A stretch of 64,000 nucleotides of DNA from assembly GCA_047150005.1 (NCBI GenBank), contig AP038806.1:2592001-2656000 (forward strand). The letters run 5' to 3'. Both the position numbers and the translations under genes were made by a program. The notes beneath the pieces are model-generated. The model was not told where the DNA came from, did no database searches, and saw nothing but the letters and a program-made list of their open reading frames with translations. The stretch comes from Nitrospira sp. GTDB lineage: Bacteria > Nitrospirota > Nitrospiria > Nitrospirales > Nitrospiraceae. This document shows, piece by piece, positions 7,404 to 20,046 of the stretch. Numbering within the stretch: position 1 is the first letter of the stretch; each line of letters opens with the position of its first letter.

Positions 7404-8642
7404 TCACATCCCGTCCAGCGGACTGCGGACACCGGACGGCCCTCGATGGAGGACATGAGTATAGATCATTGTCGTTTTGACATCGCGATGCCCTAACAAC
7501 TCCTGGATGGTTCGAATATCCGAGCCGCTTTCCAGCAGGTGTGTGGCAAAGGAGTGCCGGAAGGTGTGGCAGGTGGCCCGCTTCGTCAGTCCGGCCTTCA
7601 CTACAGCCTCTCTGACAGCTTTCTGCACCAGGGATTCGTCAATGTGATGACGTCCTTGTTCCTTGGTCTTGCCATTGATCCATCGGTGCTCCTGGGGAAA
7701 GACCCATTGCCAGCGCCAGTCCTTCGGCGCGTTGGGGTACTTGCGGTCAAGTGCGTGTGGTAGCTGGACGCGCCCCCACCCATCCGCCACATCCTGTTGG
7801 TGTACGGCCTTGACCTTCGTGAGGTGGCCCTGGAGTGGGGTCTTGACCGATTCGGGCAACATCGTGATCCGGTCTTTGGCGCCTTTGCCGTCGCGAATCA
7901 GAATCTCATTCCGAGAGAAATCGATATCTTGAATCCGGAGACGCAGACACTCCATCAGACGAAGACCCGCGCCATACATGATCGCGGCTATCAGCCACTT
8001 TTCGCCGGCCAGGTTTGTCAGCACCGCTTTCACTTCCCCACAGGTCATGACCACAGGCAGACGTTCAGGTTTTCTGGCACGGATGACTTCGCCGAGGTCT
8101 CCGAGGCCGCGCCCGATCACGTGTCGGTAGAGGAAGAGCACCGCCGCCAATGCTTGGTTTTGCGTCGAAGCACTGACCTTCTCTTGCAGGGCCAGATGAG
8201 ACAGAAACTGATTGATGTCCGGTTCGGCCATCTCGGCCGGATCGCGCCCTTGATGAAAGTGCAGAAACCTTGCGACCCAATGACTATACGCCTGTTCGGT
8301 TCTCCTGGAGTAATGACGAGCCTGCGCGGCTGCACACAGATCCGCAAGCACCGAACCGAGTACTGCTGAAGATGGCTTTCCCTGGTCGACGGCTTGCTTC
8401 GTCCCAAGCGTCGGATCGACTTGGACGCTCTCCCCAGGGAAAAGATTCAGCAGGTTGCCCAGCGTCCCATCTCCTTGGGGAACCGTCCAATGCCGTTCTT
8501 TGGCATGCCAGCGTCGGCCGGCGACGGTCTTGATCTTGGCGAGACGCTCAGTGGAATACGGCACTCGTACGATGAGCCGTCCCGCACCGGCTGGCTTGAT
8601 CTGAATTGCGTCATTGAGCCCTCTCTGTGCTCGACGATCCAT
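7404..8642 (-). CDS. intI: Integron integrase with N-terminal extension
   Basis: [32 protein letters not shown], IntI-specific patch [41 protein letters not shown]. Confidence 0.96.
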   Translation of the reverse strand: MDRRAQRGLNDAIQIKPAGAGRLIVRVPYSTERLAKIKTVAGRRWHAKERHWTVPQGDGTLGNLLNLFPGESVQVDPTLGTKQAVDQGKPSSAVLGSVLADLCAAAQARHYSRRTEQAYSHWVARFLHFHQGRDPAEMAEPDINQFLSHLALQEKVSASTQNQALAAVLFLYRHVIGRGLGDLGEVIRARKPERLPVVMTCGEVKAVLTNLAGEKWLIAAIMYGAGLRLMECLRLRIQDIDFSRNEILIRDGKGAKDRITMLPESVKTPLQGHLTKVKAVHQQDVADGWGRVQLPHALDRKYPNAPKDWRWQWVFPQEHRWINGKTKEQGRHHIDESLVQKAVREAVVKAGLTKRATCHTFRHSFATHLLESGSDIRTIQELLGHRDVKTTMIYTHVLHRGPSGVRSPLDGM

Positions 8643-8863
8643 CGGAACCTCTTTGCGGCCGCGATGCGTGCGCTTCGTGCATCCATCAGTTGGCTCGAGC
8701 GTGGTGACAGTCTCTAACCCTAACGGAGCAAAAGCGATGCCGCTGCAAAGATGGGTCCTGCGTGATTCCTCCCACGCGAACCCGATGCGCCTGTATCGGA
8801 AGGGATGAAGAGGTGTATCTCAGGGGGACAGGGGGAAACGTGCTGCGATAAGTGAGTCCGGAC

Positions 8864-9958
8864 TTAGCTCCTGGTGTAGAACGGCAGGGGGTGGACCGTC
8901 GCGTCGTGGCGCGCGCCGTCGAATTGGACAGACAATTTCGTGTCGGCCGCACTGAAATCGCGCAAAGGAAATCCGAAGGCGATCGAGGCTTTGAGTTGCG
9001 GCGAGAACGTTGCGCTGCTGACCCACCCGACTTCCCGATCGCCGCTGAAAAGCTTGGCTCCCTTCGGCGGGACCACAGAACCCTTGACGACCAGGCCGAC
9101 CAGATGGCGACGGACGTTGCCGTAGGTGTCCATGCGGGCGACGACTTCCTGGCCCGGGTAGCAGCCCTTGGTGAGGCTGAAGGCTTTGCCTTCGAGGTTC
9201 GCTTCGGGCGGGACGATTTCTTCGTTCAAGTCCGGTCCGGCTTTCGGAATGCCGGCTTCGATGCGGAGCGCTTCACGGGCCTGGCTGCCCATCGCTTTTA
9301 TTCCATAAATCTTGCCGGCTTCCATCAACCGCTCCCAGGCCGTAATCAGTCCATCCACCGGCAAGAGAATCTCATAGTCTTCTTCACCCGTTTCCTCCGT
9401 CCGTACGATCACCGCGGACTGTCCGCCGATGATCGAGGAGACAAAGTTCACGGGCTTCAGATCCGTCACGTCCGTGCCGAAGGCGGACGCCACCGTCGCC
9501 GCGGCTTTCGGGCCGCTCACGAGCAACAGCCCCCAACTGTCCGCGCAGTTCTCCATCTTGGCCTTGGTGCCGTAGAGAAGAAATTTCCGCAACGCGCCGT
9601 AGGTCGTCTCACCGATCTCGCCGACATCCTCCAGCATGACCGCGTCGGCCAGCATATACGCCCGGAAATAGGTGAGCATTTTGCCTTTGTGCGTCAGGAA
9701 GCTCGAATACCTTCCTTGGCCGGGTTGAAGGGAAAGGAGGTCGTTGCTGATGACGCTCTGCAGCCACGTGATCCGGTCGTCGCCCGTGACCCGAACCTTG
9801 CCCCGGTGAGAGAGGTCGGCGAGGCCCAGGGATTCCCGTACCGCCCGATGTTCCACAATGGGGTCACCGTAATGAGCGGGTACGTTCCAACCGGTGACGT
9901 CTTCAAACGTCGCGCCGAGGGCTGTATGGTGATCATGCAAGCGGGATTGTTTCGGCAT
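8864..9958 (-). CDS. YgfZ/GcvT-family folate-binding protein
   Basis: GcvT-like N-terminus; KGCYPGQE motif of YgfZ. Confidence 0.9.
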   Translation of the reverse strand: MPKQSRLHDHHTALGATFEDVTGWNVPAHYGDPIVEHRAVRESLGLADLSHRGKVRVTGDDRITWLQSVISNDLLSLQPGQGRYSSFLTHKGKMLTYFRAYMLADAVMLEDVGEIGETTYGALRKFLLYGTKAKMENCADSWGLLLVSGPKAAATVASAFGTDVTDLKPVNFVSSIIGGQSAVIVRTEETGEEDYEILLPVDGLITAWERLMEAGKIYGIKAMGSQAREALRIEAGIPKAGPDLNEEIVPPEANLEGKAFSLTKGCYPGQEVVARMDTYGNVRRHLVGLVVKGSVVPPKGAKLFSGDREVGWVSSATFSPQLKASIAFGFPLRDFSAADTKLSVQFDGARHDATVHPLPFYTRS

Positions 9959-10005
9959 AGCAGTGTTTAATGTTGAATGATCAATGTTGAATTGAGCTCA
10001 ACTCA

Positions 10006-10401
10006 TCATTCAGCATGCAACATTATCTCCTCCACAAGATCTTTGGTTCGTGCCGAGAACTCGTTTCGCGAGACGATCTTCGTCACCCCCATCGACTTGG
10101 CGCGGTTCCACGTATCGACTTCTTCATGATTCGCAAACGCCAGAATGGGGACCGCCTTCGTCCGAGCATCGGCCTTCAACGTTTCCAAGGCGTGGAATGC
10201 GTTCAGGACATCGTCGTTCATGTTCAGAATGACGGCGACCGGCGAGCCGGTCGATGAGATTCCCGCGATATCCTCCTGCGAGCGGGCTCGTTCGAGCCGA
10301 AAGCCTTTGGGTCGCAGGGCATCGCGGACCTTCGTATAAAAGAAGATGTCGGTCACCGCGACCAGAATGGTTGGCTCGGTTGCGTGATCGGTTTGAGTCA
10401 T
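10006..10401 (-). CDS. Single-domain receiver-like protein (atypical)
   Basis: CheY-like pattern (LKADARTKAVPILAF); phospho-Asp position appears to be Asn (VILNMND). Confidence 0.65.
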   Translation of the reverse strand: MTQTDHATEPTILVAVTDIFFYTKVRDALRPKGFRLERARSQEDIAGISSTGSPVAVILNMNDDVLNAFHALETLKADARTKAVPILAFANHEEVDTWNRAKSMGVTKIVSRNEFSARTKDLVEEIMLHAE

Positions 10402-10446
10402 CTGGAAAAGCTCATTGTCGAATCGTGAGTGCGAAGTCCGGCAGCT

Positions 10447-10962
10447 TCAATTCAATGAACTGATCAGTCGGCCGAGCGACTTCTTGGCCAGGACGTAGTC
10501 CGGATTGAGGAGCAGGGCCTGCTTGTAGGATTCGATCGCGTCGGTCCACTGGCCTTTCTTCTCATAGACTCTCCCAAGGTTCAAATGAGGAAAAGCCGGG
10601 CTCTCATAGCGTTTCGCCTGCATCGCCTTCTGAAACCAGGGGATCGCCTCGTCGAACTGGCCCTTCTCGATCAAGTAGGCGCCGATGTCGTTGTAGGGGT
10701 TGCCGAAGTCCGGATCCCGCCCGATGGCCATATGGCACTCGTCGATGGCGTCGTCGAGCCGGCCCATGAAGCTGTAGGTCCAACCCAGGAACGTGTGCGC
10801 CTCCGCCGTGGGGTGTGCGGACAAGGATTGTCGATAGAGCGACACGGCCTCTTCCAATTCGCCTTTCATCTGCCGCTCGTACGCCTGCTGGAAGAGACCC
10901 CAGGCTTCCCGTTTATCCTCTTCCCGGCCGTCGCCTTGTATCAAAAAATCCTGGACATCCAT
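10447..10962 (-). CDS. TPR-repeat protein
   Basis: Repeated TPR motifs (AHTFLGWTY, PYNDIGAYL, PHLNLGRVY). Confidence 0.85.
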   Translation of the reverse strand: MDVQDFLIQGDGREEDKREAWGLFQQAYERQMKGELEEAVSLYRQSLSAHPTAEAHTFLGWTYSFMGRLDDAIDECHMAIGRDPDFGNPYNDIGAYLIEKGQFDEAIPWFQKAMQAKRYESPAFPHLNLGRVYEKKGQWTDAIESYKQALLLNPDYVLAKKSLGRLISSLN

Positions 10963-11021
10963 GGGGATTTCAAAGAGCTAATGGCGTGTGGCCAATGGCT
11001 TGTGACACAAGCTCTTCTCTC

Positions 11022-11822
11022 TTACTCCTGCTTCAGTTTCTTCTTGATCAACTCCGCTCCGTAACGACCGGATAGTAACATAGATCCGAAGGCCGGACCC
11101 ATGCGGGGAGTGCCATGGACGGCCGATACGGCCAAGCCCACCACGAAACAATTGGGATAGACTTCGCCGGTATGGTCCATGACGTCTTCTTCCGAACGGG
11201 CGACCCACATGGCGCCGTTGCCGGGCACCTCCGTGTAGAGGCTTCGTTTATGCAACAAACTGACGACGACCGCGTCGTGACCGGTGGCATCGACGACGAC
11301 CTTGCTTTCCAAGGCGATCGGATCGACGTGGATGAGATCATGGCCGGCCATTTCGGCGGTCGTATTGTTGACGACCACTCCCTCCAAGGCCCCGTCACGG
11401 CGGAGCACGAGATCGACGACCCGGGTGAGATTCAGGATTCTCGCGCCGCCCCGATAGGCCGCGGTGATCAGCGCGCCCGTGGCATGCGGCGGATCCACGA
11501 TGTACATGCCCTCGCAGTCCTTGATCTTCTTGCAGGGAACACCGATTTCATCAAGGATCTTATGAGCCGGGGCGCAGATCGTGGCCTTATTCATCAGGTA
11601 TCCGCCGTGCCAGAACCCGCCGCCGAGCGCGAGGTTCTGCTCGACGAGGACCGTCTTGAATCCCATGTCGGCCAGGTCATGCGCGCAGATCAACCCGGAA
11701 GGTCCGGCGCCGACGATGATGACGTCGCTCTCGATGAGCTGATCGAATTCCTTGTAATACTCCCGGGCGATCTGTCTGGTGATGTCTCGTTCCCGGAGTG
11801 GGGCTGGTTTAGGCTTGGGCAT
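11022..11822 (-). CDS. thi4: Sulfide-dependent thiazole synthase (Thi4 family)
   Basis: VGAGPSGL, GGGFWHGG, HVDP, DATGHDA, PRMGPAFGSMLLSG; directly downstream of thiC. Confidence 0.92.
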   Translation of the reverse strand: MPKPKPAPLRERDITRQIAREYYKEFDQLIESDVIIVGAGPSGLICAHDLADMGFKTVLVEQNLALGGGFWHGGYLMNKATICAPAHKILDEIGVPCKKIKDCEGMYIVDPPHATGALITAAYRGGARILNLTRVVDLVLRRDGALEGVVVNNTTAEMAGHDLIHVDPIALESKVVVDATGHDAVVVSLLHKRSLYTEVPGNGAMWVARSEEDVMDHTGEVYPNCFVVGLAVSAVHGTPRMGPAFGSMLLSGRYGAELIKKKLKQE

Positions 11823-11833
11823 CTGAACACTCC

Positions 11834-13777
<1,944 letters not shown>

Positions 13778-13779
13778 CT

Positions 13780-13812
13780 AAAAAGCCGCACCCGGTGGCT
13801 AGGGGGCGGCTT
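13780..13812 (-). terminator. Riboswitch expression-platform terminator
   Basis: Minus strand AAGCCGC-CCCCTAGCCACCGGGT-GCGGCTTTTT. Its CCCCTAGC can pair with GCTAGGGG at the aptamer 5' end, a possible antiterminator. Confidence 0.75.
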
Positions 13813-13834
13813 ATACCTCAGCGTCTTCTGCTGT

Positions 13835-13930
13835 TCCGCTTCCCTACGCTGGTATTACCCAGGTCAGGTTGTGAGGGTCGTCCGTCCAGGATTTTCCGGC
13901 GGACTCTCAGCCTTCTGGCACCCCTAGCTT
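13835..13930 (-). ncRNA. TPP riboswitch
   Basis: Minus strand CTAGGGGTGCC..GGCTGAGA...GACCC..AACCTGACCTGGGTAATACCAGCGTAGGGAAG upstream of thiC. Confidence 0.95.
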
Positions 13931-14134
13931 GTAATTCGAAATCGTAGTCTGTGCCGAGAGCGAAGTCAACGTGCTATTAGACCCATAGGACTAGGTCCAT
14001 CTATCCTCCGGCGGGCTGGTTTACGGCCTGCCGGAAGCCAGGCTGGGCGGTGTCGCGGGTGGTTTCATTGATTGTGAGAGAACGCGTGTCGTACAATGAT
14101 AGTTCTCCCTATGGTTGGTGAGCACGAGTCGGAC

Positions 14135-15232
14135 ATGCTGGCCACTTTACCCAAGCCGATTACCGATTATCAGGGCCTCGAGGGCGAGGAACTGTTCCGG
14201 CGGACCGCGCAGGCGAAACGCGCGCTGGGCGATCGGGTCATGATCCTCGGCCATAACTATCAGCGCGACGAAGTGATCGAACACGCCGATTTTCGCGGCG
14301 ATTCGCTCCTGCTGTCCAAGCTTGCGGCCGAACGGTCCGAACGACCCTACGTCGTCTTTTGCGGCGTGCACTTCATGGCCGAGACGGCGGACATCTTGAG
14401 CCGTTCGAATCAAACGGTCATTCTGCCGGACATGGCGGCCGGCTGTTCCATGGCCGACATGGCGGCGATCGAGCAGGTCGATCAGTGTTGGGAAACCTTA
14501 GGGCGCATGCTTCCGGTCGAGGAGGCCGTCACGCCCGCCGTGTACGTCAATTCCGCGGCGGTCTTGAAGGCCTTCTGCGGCGAACACGGCGGCATTACCT
14601 GTACGTCGTCCAATGCCCGGGCCGTGATCGAATGGTGCTGGGCCAGACGCGAAAAGATCCTGTTTTTCCCTGATGAGCACTTGGGCCGGAACACGGCCAA
14701 CAAGATGGGCCTGCCGCGCGAGCAGATGATCGTGTGGGACCCCTATCTGCCGAACGGCGGCAATAGCCGCGAGGCCATCAAGCGGGCGAGGCTGATTCTG
14801 TGGAAAGGTCATTGCAGCGTCCACCAGATGTTTCAGCCGGTGCATGTCGACAACTTTAGGAAGCAGTATCCGGACGGCAAGGTGATCGTTCATCCGGAGT
14901 GCCATGAGGACGTGGTCAACAAGGCGGATCTCTCCGGGTCCACGGAATTCATCATCAAGACCGTTTCCGCGTCTCCCGCCGGATCGATATGGGCGGTCGG
15001 CACGGAACTCAATCTCGTCAACCGCTTGAAGCGCGATATGACCGACAAGAAGGTGTTTTTTCTGTCGTCCACCGTCTGTCAATGCGCGACGATGTTCAGG
15101 ATCGACGGCGCGCATCTCTGTTGGGCCATGGAGAATCTTGCCGAGGGACACGTCGTGAACCATATCGTAGTTCCTGAAGACGACAAGCGGTGGGCACGAA
15201 TTGCCCTCGATCGCATGATGGCCATTAGCTAA
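14135..15232 (+). CDS. nadA: Quinolinate synthase
   Basis: GDSLLL, FCGVHFMAETA, AGCSMADM, VHPEC; start codon uncertain (14096/14111/14135). Confidence 0.95.
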   Translation: MLATLPKPITDYQGLEGEELFRRTAQAKRALGDRVMILGHNYQRDEVIEHADFRGDSLLLSKLAAERSERPYVVFCGVHFMAETADILSRSNQTVILPDMAAGCSMADMAAIEQVDQCWETLGRMLPVEEAVTPAVYVNSAAVLKAFCGEHGGITCTSSNARAVIEWCWARREKILFFPDEHLGRNTANKMGLPREQMIVWDPYLPNGGNSREAIKRARLILWKGHCSVHQMFQPVHVDNFRKQYPDGKVIVHPECHEDVVNKADLSGSTEFIIKTVSASPAGSIWAVGTELNLVNRLKRDMTDKKVFFLSSTVCQCATMFRIDGAHLCWAMENLAEGHVVNHIVVPEDDKRWARIALDRMMAIS

Positions 15233-15268
15233 CCCCGCAAGCAGTTAAATCTCCACGCCCAGATTTCC

Positions 15269-18076
15269 ATGGACTATAAAGCAACGCTTAATTTACCCAA
15301 GACCGACTTTCCCATGAAGGCGAACCTGCCGCAGCGGGAGCCCGAACTGCTGGCGTGGTGGGAACAAGAGCGGTTGTACGAGGAAATCCAGCAAGCGGGA
15401 CAGGGGCGGCCCCGCTATGTGCTGCATGACGGCCCTCCCTATGCCAACGGCCGTATCCACATCGGCCACGCTCTGAACAAGATCCTCAAGGACATCATCG
15501 TCAAGTCGAAAACCATGGCGGGATTTCACGTGCCGTATGTCCCGGGCTGGGATTGCCATGGTCTGCCGATCGAGCATCAGGTGCTCAAGGATCTTGGTGA
15601 AAAGAAAAAAACACTCGATGCGGTGGCGATTCGCCGGCTCTGCCGGGACTATGCCGAGAAGTTCCGCGACATCCAGCGGGAAGAGTTTCAACGCCTGGGC
15701 ACGTTCGGCGATTGGCAACACCCGTATCTCACCATGCATCCGGCCTATGAAGCGACCATCGTGCGGGAATTCGGGAAGTTCGTGGAGCGCGGGGGGGTCT
15801 ATAAAGGACTGAAGCCGGTCCTCTGGTGTACGCAGGATCAAACCGCGCTCGCCGAAGCGGAAGTGGAATACGACGATCACACCTCGCCGTCGATCTATGT
15901 CAAGTTTCCCATCGTCAATCCTCCCCGGTCGTTTCCAGGACGACCCGACGGCGTTCCGGCTGATCGGACATCGTACGCCATCGTGATATGGACGACCACG
16001 CCCTGGACTCTTCCGGCAAATCAGGCGGTCTGTGTCCATCCCGATATCGACTATGCGTTCGTGCAGGTCGGCGAAGAGATCTTGGTCATCGCCGACAAAC
16101 TGGTGGAGCGCGTGGCCAAGGCCTGCGAGTTGAAAGAGGCCCGCGTGCTCGGCGTGAAGAAGGGGAATGACGGCTTCGAGGGACTGGAGACCCAGCGTCC
16201 CATGAGTACGGGACTGTCGCCCGTCCTCTTGGGCGATTTCGTCACGCTCGATCAGGGCACCGGGTGCGTGCACATCGCGCCGGGACACGGTATGGAAGAC
16301 TACGTCCTGGCCCAGGAGCACAACGCCAAGGCGTCTCCGGGCGAGCGGCTCGAGATCCTGGCCCCGGTCGACGACACCGGACGGTTCACCGAGGCGGTGG
16401 AGGATTTTGCCGGGCAGCATGTCTTCAAAGCCAACTCCGGCATCGTGGAGCGCCTCAAGTCGACCGGAAAGCTATTAGGACACGGGTCCCTGAACCATTC
16501 CTATCCTCACTGTTGGCGATGCAAGAGCCCGGTCATCTTCCGTGCGACGGAACAGTGGTTCGTGTCCATGGAGACGAACCACCTGCGTCAGGAGACCCTG
16601 GCCGAAATCAATCGCGTGCAATGGGTTCCGCCCTGGGGCAAGGATCGGATCACCGGCATGATCACTAATCGGCCCGACTGGTGTTTGTCGCGCCAGCGAG
16701 TCTGGGGCGTGCCGATCCCGGGGTTTACCTGCGCCGGTTGCCGCAGGGTGATGGCCGAACCGGTTCTCATCGAGCACCTTGCCGTGCTGATCGAATCGGG
16801 AGGGTCCGATATTTGGTTTGAACGGCCGGCGTCGGAGTTGCTGCCTCCCGGCACCACGTGCGGGCAGTGTGGCGGGACTACATTTGAAAAGGAACATGAC
16901 ATTCTCGACGTGTGGTTCGAATCGGGCGTGAGCTATGCCGCCGTGCTCAAACCGCGCAAGTGGTGGCCGGCGGACTTGTATCTCGAAGGCTCGGATCAGC
17001 ATCGAGGCTGGTTTCATAGTTCCTTGCTCGCCGGCGTCATCACCGATCAGCGCGCGCCTTACAAGGCTGTTCTTACCCACGGGTTCGTCGTCGACGATCA
17101 GGGCAAGAAGATGTCGAAGTCCGCGTGGAACGGCGTGGCGCCTCACGAGATCATCAAGCAGTACGGCGCCGAGATCCTACGTTTGTGGGTATCCGCGCAG
17201 AATTATCAGGACGACGTGCGCATTTCCCCGGCCATCCTGACCCAGTTGGTGGAAGCCTATCGAAAGATCCGAAATACCTGCCGGTTCCTCCTGAGCAATC
17301 TCTACGATTTCGATCCCTTGAAGGACCGAGTGCCATATGAACGGTTGCCCGAGCTTGACCGATGGGCCCTCTTACGGCTCGAAGAACTGAAGGGCAAAGT
17401 CCGGAAGGCCTATGACGAGTTCGAATTCCACGCCATTTATCACGCATTGAACAATTTCTGCTCGGTGGATTTGAGCGCCGTCTATCTGGATATTCTGAAG
17501 GACCGGCTCTACACGTTCCGCAAGGACTCGCCCTTGCGGCGAGGCTCTCAGACCGTGCTCTATGAGATCATCCTGACGATGACCAAGCTGATGGCGCCGG
17601 TGCTCAGCTTCACGGCCGAAGAAATTTGGCGAACCTTGTCCGCGCAGTTCGACGGGACGCTCGAGGCCAAGAGCGTGCATGTAAGCCGGTTCCCGGATCC
17701 CCGGCCTGAGTGGAATGACAAGAATCTTGCCCAGCGGTGGGAGCGGCTGCTGAAGTACCGTGTAGAGGTTCAGGGGCTACTGGAAGGTATGCGTCAGGGG
17801 AAAGAAATCGGTTCGTCACTCGAAGCCCGAATCGAGCTGCTTGCAAAGCCACAGGTGTACGAATTTCTCAAGCCCTACGAAGCAGATTTGCCGGCCCTCT
17901 TCATCGTCTCTCAAGTCGGACTGATTGGTGATCCCACTGTTGCCTCCGATCTAGCGATCCTCAAATCACGGGCAAGGGGAAAGAAGTGTGAGCGATGCTG
18001 GAACTATCGTGACGCGGTAGGCACCTTCACCGATCACCCGACCCTGTGCGACCGCTGCGTGGAGGCGGTGCGGTGA
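15269..18076 (+). CDS. ileS: Isoleucine--tRNA ligase
   Basis: [28 protein letters not shown]-terminal CERCW zinc finger. Confidence 0.98.
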   Translation: MDYKATLNLPKTDFPMKANLPQREPELLAWWEQERLYEEIQQAGQGRPRYVLHDGPPYANGRIHIGHALNKILKDIIVKSKTMAGFHVPYVPGWDCHGLPIEHQVLKDLGEKKKTLDAVAIRRLCRDYAEKFRDIQREEFQRLGTFGDWQHPYLTMHPAYEATIVREFGKFVERGGVYKGLKPVLWCTQDQTALAEAEVEYDDHTSPSIYVKFPIVNPPRSFPGRPDGVPADRTSYAIVIWTTTPWTLPANQAVCVHPDIDYAFVQVGEEILVIADKLVERVAKACELKEARVLGVKKGNDGFEGLETQRPMSTGLSPVLLGDFVTLDQGTGCVHIAPGHGMEDYVLAQEHNAKASPGERLEILAPVDDTGRFTEAVEDFAGQHVFKANSGIVERLKSTGKLLGHGSLNHSYPHCWRCKSPVIFRATEQWFVSMETNHLRQETLAEINRVQWVPPWGKDRITGMITNRPDWCLSRQRVWGVPIPGFTCAGCRRVMAEPVLIEHLAVLIESGGSDIWFERPASELLPPGTTCGQCGGTTFEKEHDILDVWFESGVSYAAVLKPRKWWPADLYLEGSDQHRGWFHSSLLAGVITDQRAPYKAVLTHGFVVDDQGKKMSKSAWNGVAPHEIIKQYGAEILRLWVSAQNYQDDVRISPAILTQLVEAYRKIRNTCRFLLSNLYDFDPLKDRVPYERLPELDRWALLRLEELKGKVRKAYDEFEFHAIYHALNNFCSVDLSAVYLDILKDRLYTFRKDSPLRRGSQTVLYEIILTMTKLMAPVLSFTAEEIWRTLSAQFDGTLEAKSVHVSRFPDPRPEWNDKNLAQRWERLLKYRVEVQGLLEGMRQGKEIGSSLEARIELLAKPQVYEFLKPYEADLPALFIVSQVGLIGDPTVASDLAILKSRARGKKCERCWNYRDAVGTFTDHPTLCDRCVEAVR

Positions 18077-18606
18077 GCCCGACCGCGCTCCGTTACGGAG
18101 GATTGGCTCTGCTCGGGATCCTGATCGTGCTGGTCGATCAGGTGACAAAACAGTGGGTCATGCAGTCCATGCGGTTGCATGAATCCATTGTGGTTGTTCC
18201 CAATCTGTTCAGCATCACCTACATCCGGAATCCGGGGGCTGCGTTCGGGTTGCTGGCCGGCAGCAGCAACGCCTTTCGCATGGTCTTCTTCGGCGTGACG
18301 TCTCTGTTTGCGCTGGGGCTGCTGGGGACGATTTTGGCCCGGTTGCCCGAGAAGGATTGGATCGGGCAGGTGAGCATCGCCGCGATTCTCGGAGGAGCGA
18401 TCGGAAATTTGATCGATCGGCTACGGTTCGGCGAGGTGATCGACTTTCTGGACGTCTACGTCGACATGTACCATTGGCCGGCGTTCAACGTGGCCGACTC
18501 CGCCATCAGCGTGGGGGTCGTGTGCCTGATCATTCATTTTGCGTTTGAGCGAAAAGAGACGCCGCTGCCCGAGCCGGATTCCCCTCCGACCTCCCTCTCC
18601 TCCTAA
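18073..18606 (+). CDS. lspA: Lipoprotein signal peptidase II
   Basis: NPGAAFG, GNLIDR, VIDF, FNVAD; GTGA overlap with ileS. Confidence 0.95.
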   Translation: MSPTALRYGGLALLGILIVLVDQVTKQWVMQSMRLHESIVVVPNLFSITYIRNPGAAFGLLAGSSNAFRMVFFGVTSLFALGLLGTILARLPEKDWIGQVSIAAILGGAIGNLIDRLRFGEVIDFLDVYVDMYHWPAFNVADSAISVGVVCLIIHFAFERKETPLPEPDSPPTSLSS

Positions 18607-18611
18607 CGAGC

Positions 18612-18866
18612 CTAACTCGGAAGGGGGACGATGAATCCGCCCTGTTCGTGAAACTCGCGCTGCTGTTCCGTTGAAAACATCACCAGCGGCTCGCTGTGGC
18701 AGAATTGACACTCGTTCACCGTCACCGGGATGTCCCCCTCTCCCAAGTTCTCCAAATAGCGCTTCGCCAGCTTGAGCGCGGTCGCTTCGTCGGTCGTCAT
18801 GACGTCAAAATGAAGGAGGCCCTGCTTCCCGCGCACTGTGGCATCGAACACATGCACCGTATCCAT
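18612..18866 (-). CDS. Small conserved protein (DUF2024-like)
   Basis: VHVFDATV...HFDV...ECQFCHSE pattern; RBS AGGAG. Confidence 0.6.
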   Translation of the reverse strand: MDTVHVFDATVRGKQGLLHFDVMTTDEATALKLAKRYLENLGEGDIPVTVNECQFCHSEPLVMFSTEQQREFHEQGGFIVPLPS

Positions 18867-18883
18867 CGTGACAACTCCTGAGG

Positions 18884-19762
18884 TTACAGACCAAAGATGT
18901 AGAGGACGGCGAGTCCCATGACGATCCTGTAATAGGCAAACGGACGAAGCGTATGGTGCTTGACGAAGGACAAAAAAGCCGCGATGACAATCCAGGCGAC
19001 GACGAAGGAGACGGCGAGACCGATCGCCAGCGCGACGTAGTCTTGCTGATGAAAGACCCCCCGTGATTTCCAGATCTGGTAGCAGGTCGCGACAATCAAT
19101 GTCGGAAGCGCCAGAAAAAACGAGTACTCCGTGGCCACCTTACGATCCAAACCTACCAGCAGGCCTCCGATGATCGTCGAACCCGAGCGCGACATGCCGG
19201 GAACGAGGGACGCGCATTGGGCTACGCCGATCAGGACAGCCTGGCGCAGGCCGACCTGTTCGAGTTGCTGTACATCGGGTTTCCTCGTGCGAGCTTCAAC
19301 CGCCAAAATGATCAATCCGCCCACGATGGAGGTGATCGCGACAGTTTGCGGGCTGAAGAGATGAGCTTTGATCCAACCGTGCGTTGCCAATCCCACCAGA
19401 CCGGCAGGGAGAAACGCCGCGCCCAAACCGATGAGGAACCAAAGATGCGGATGTGTTGCCAGAGAGCGACGAAGAGTGATGGCGAAGGATTCGGCGCCCG
19501 CCAGCCCTATCGATCGCCGAAAATCCGCTTGCTCGGCCATTGCGCGTGAAAGGAACGTTCTGAGCTTTTCTCGCTCATACGCCACGACGGCGAGGATGGC
19601 GCCCAACTGGATGGAGATCTCGGCATTGGCGGCCAGATCGCCGGTAAACCCCAGCGCATGTCCTACGAGAATGAGATGGCCGGTCGAGGAGACCGGGAGA
19701 AATTCGGTAAGCCCTTCGACAATACCGAGAATCATCGCCAGGGCGGGGCCCCATTCATTCAT
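18884..19762 (-). CDS. uppP: Undecaprenyl-diphosphate phosphatase
   Basis: EGLTEFLPVSSTGH, PGMSRSGSTI. Confidence 0.95.
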   Translation of the reverse strand: MNEWGPALAMILGIVEGLTEFLPVSSTGHLILVGHALGFTGDLAANAEISIQLGAILAVVAYEREKLRTFLSRAMAEQADFRRSIGLAGAESFAITLRRSLATHPHLWFLIGLGAAFLPAGLVGLATHGWIKAHLFSPQTVAITSIVGGLIILAVEARTRKPDVQQLEQVGLRQAVLIGVAQCASLVPGMSRSGSTIIGGLLVGLDRKVATEYSFFLALPTLIVATCYQIWKSRGVFHQQDYVALAIGLAVSFVVAWIVIAAFLSFVKHHTLRPFAYYRIVMGLAVLYIFGL

Positions 19763-20046
19763 CTGCGTTCCTTTTGGTGAGGTGTGTGACGAGAGGTCTC
19801 TGCATAATCACAAAGTGACCGTCTTCCGTCAAGCAGACGCGAAAAACCGATGATCGGAAATCCAAAGGCGGCGGCAGGGCGTCAAACTTGTTGACAAAGA
19901 CTGAGGCTTGGCATACACAGTGGAGGGGTGCGAAAAGACGCGGTGGTCAAGCCGCCAGTCGTTCGTATTTCCAACAACCATTCACAACACGTAGCTACAG
20001 CAGCCGCGCCGCGCAGGGACGGCGACCAGGACAAGGGGAGGTTCGC

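Noticed and set aside
8643..8863. LexA box upstream of intI
   Set aside because: No CTGT-N8-ACAG or other SOS box I could support.
8852..9970. 372-aa plus-strand ORF
   Set aside because: Antisense shadow of the ygfZ-like gene; no motifs; expected in GC-rich DNA.
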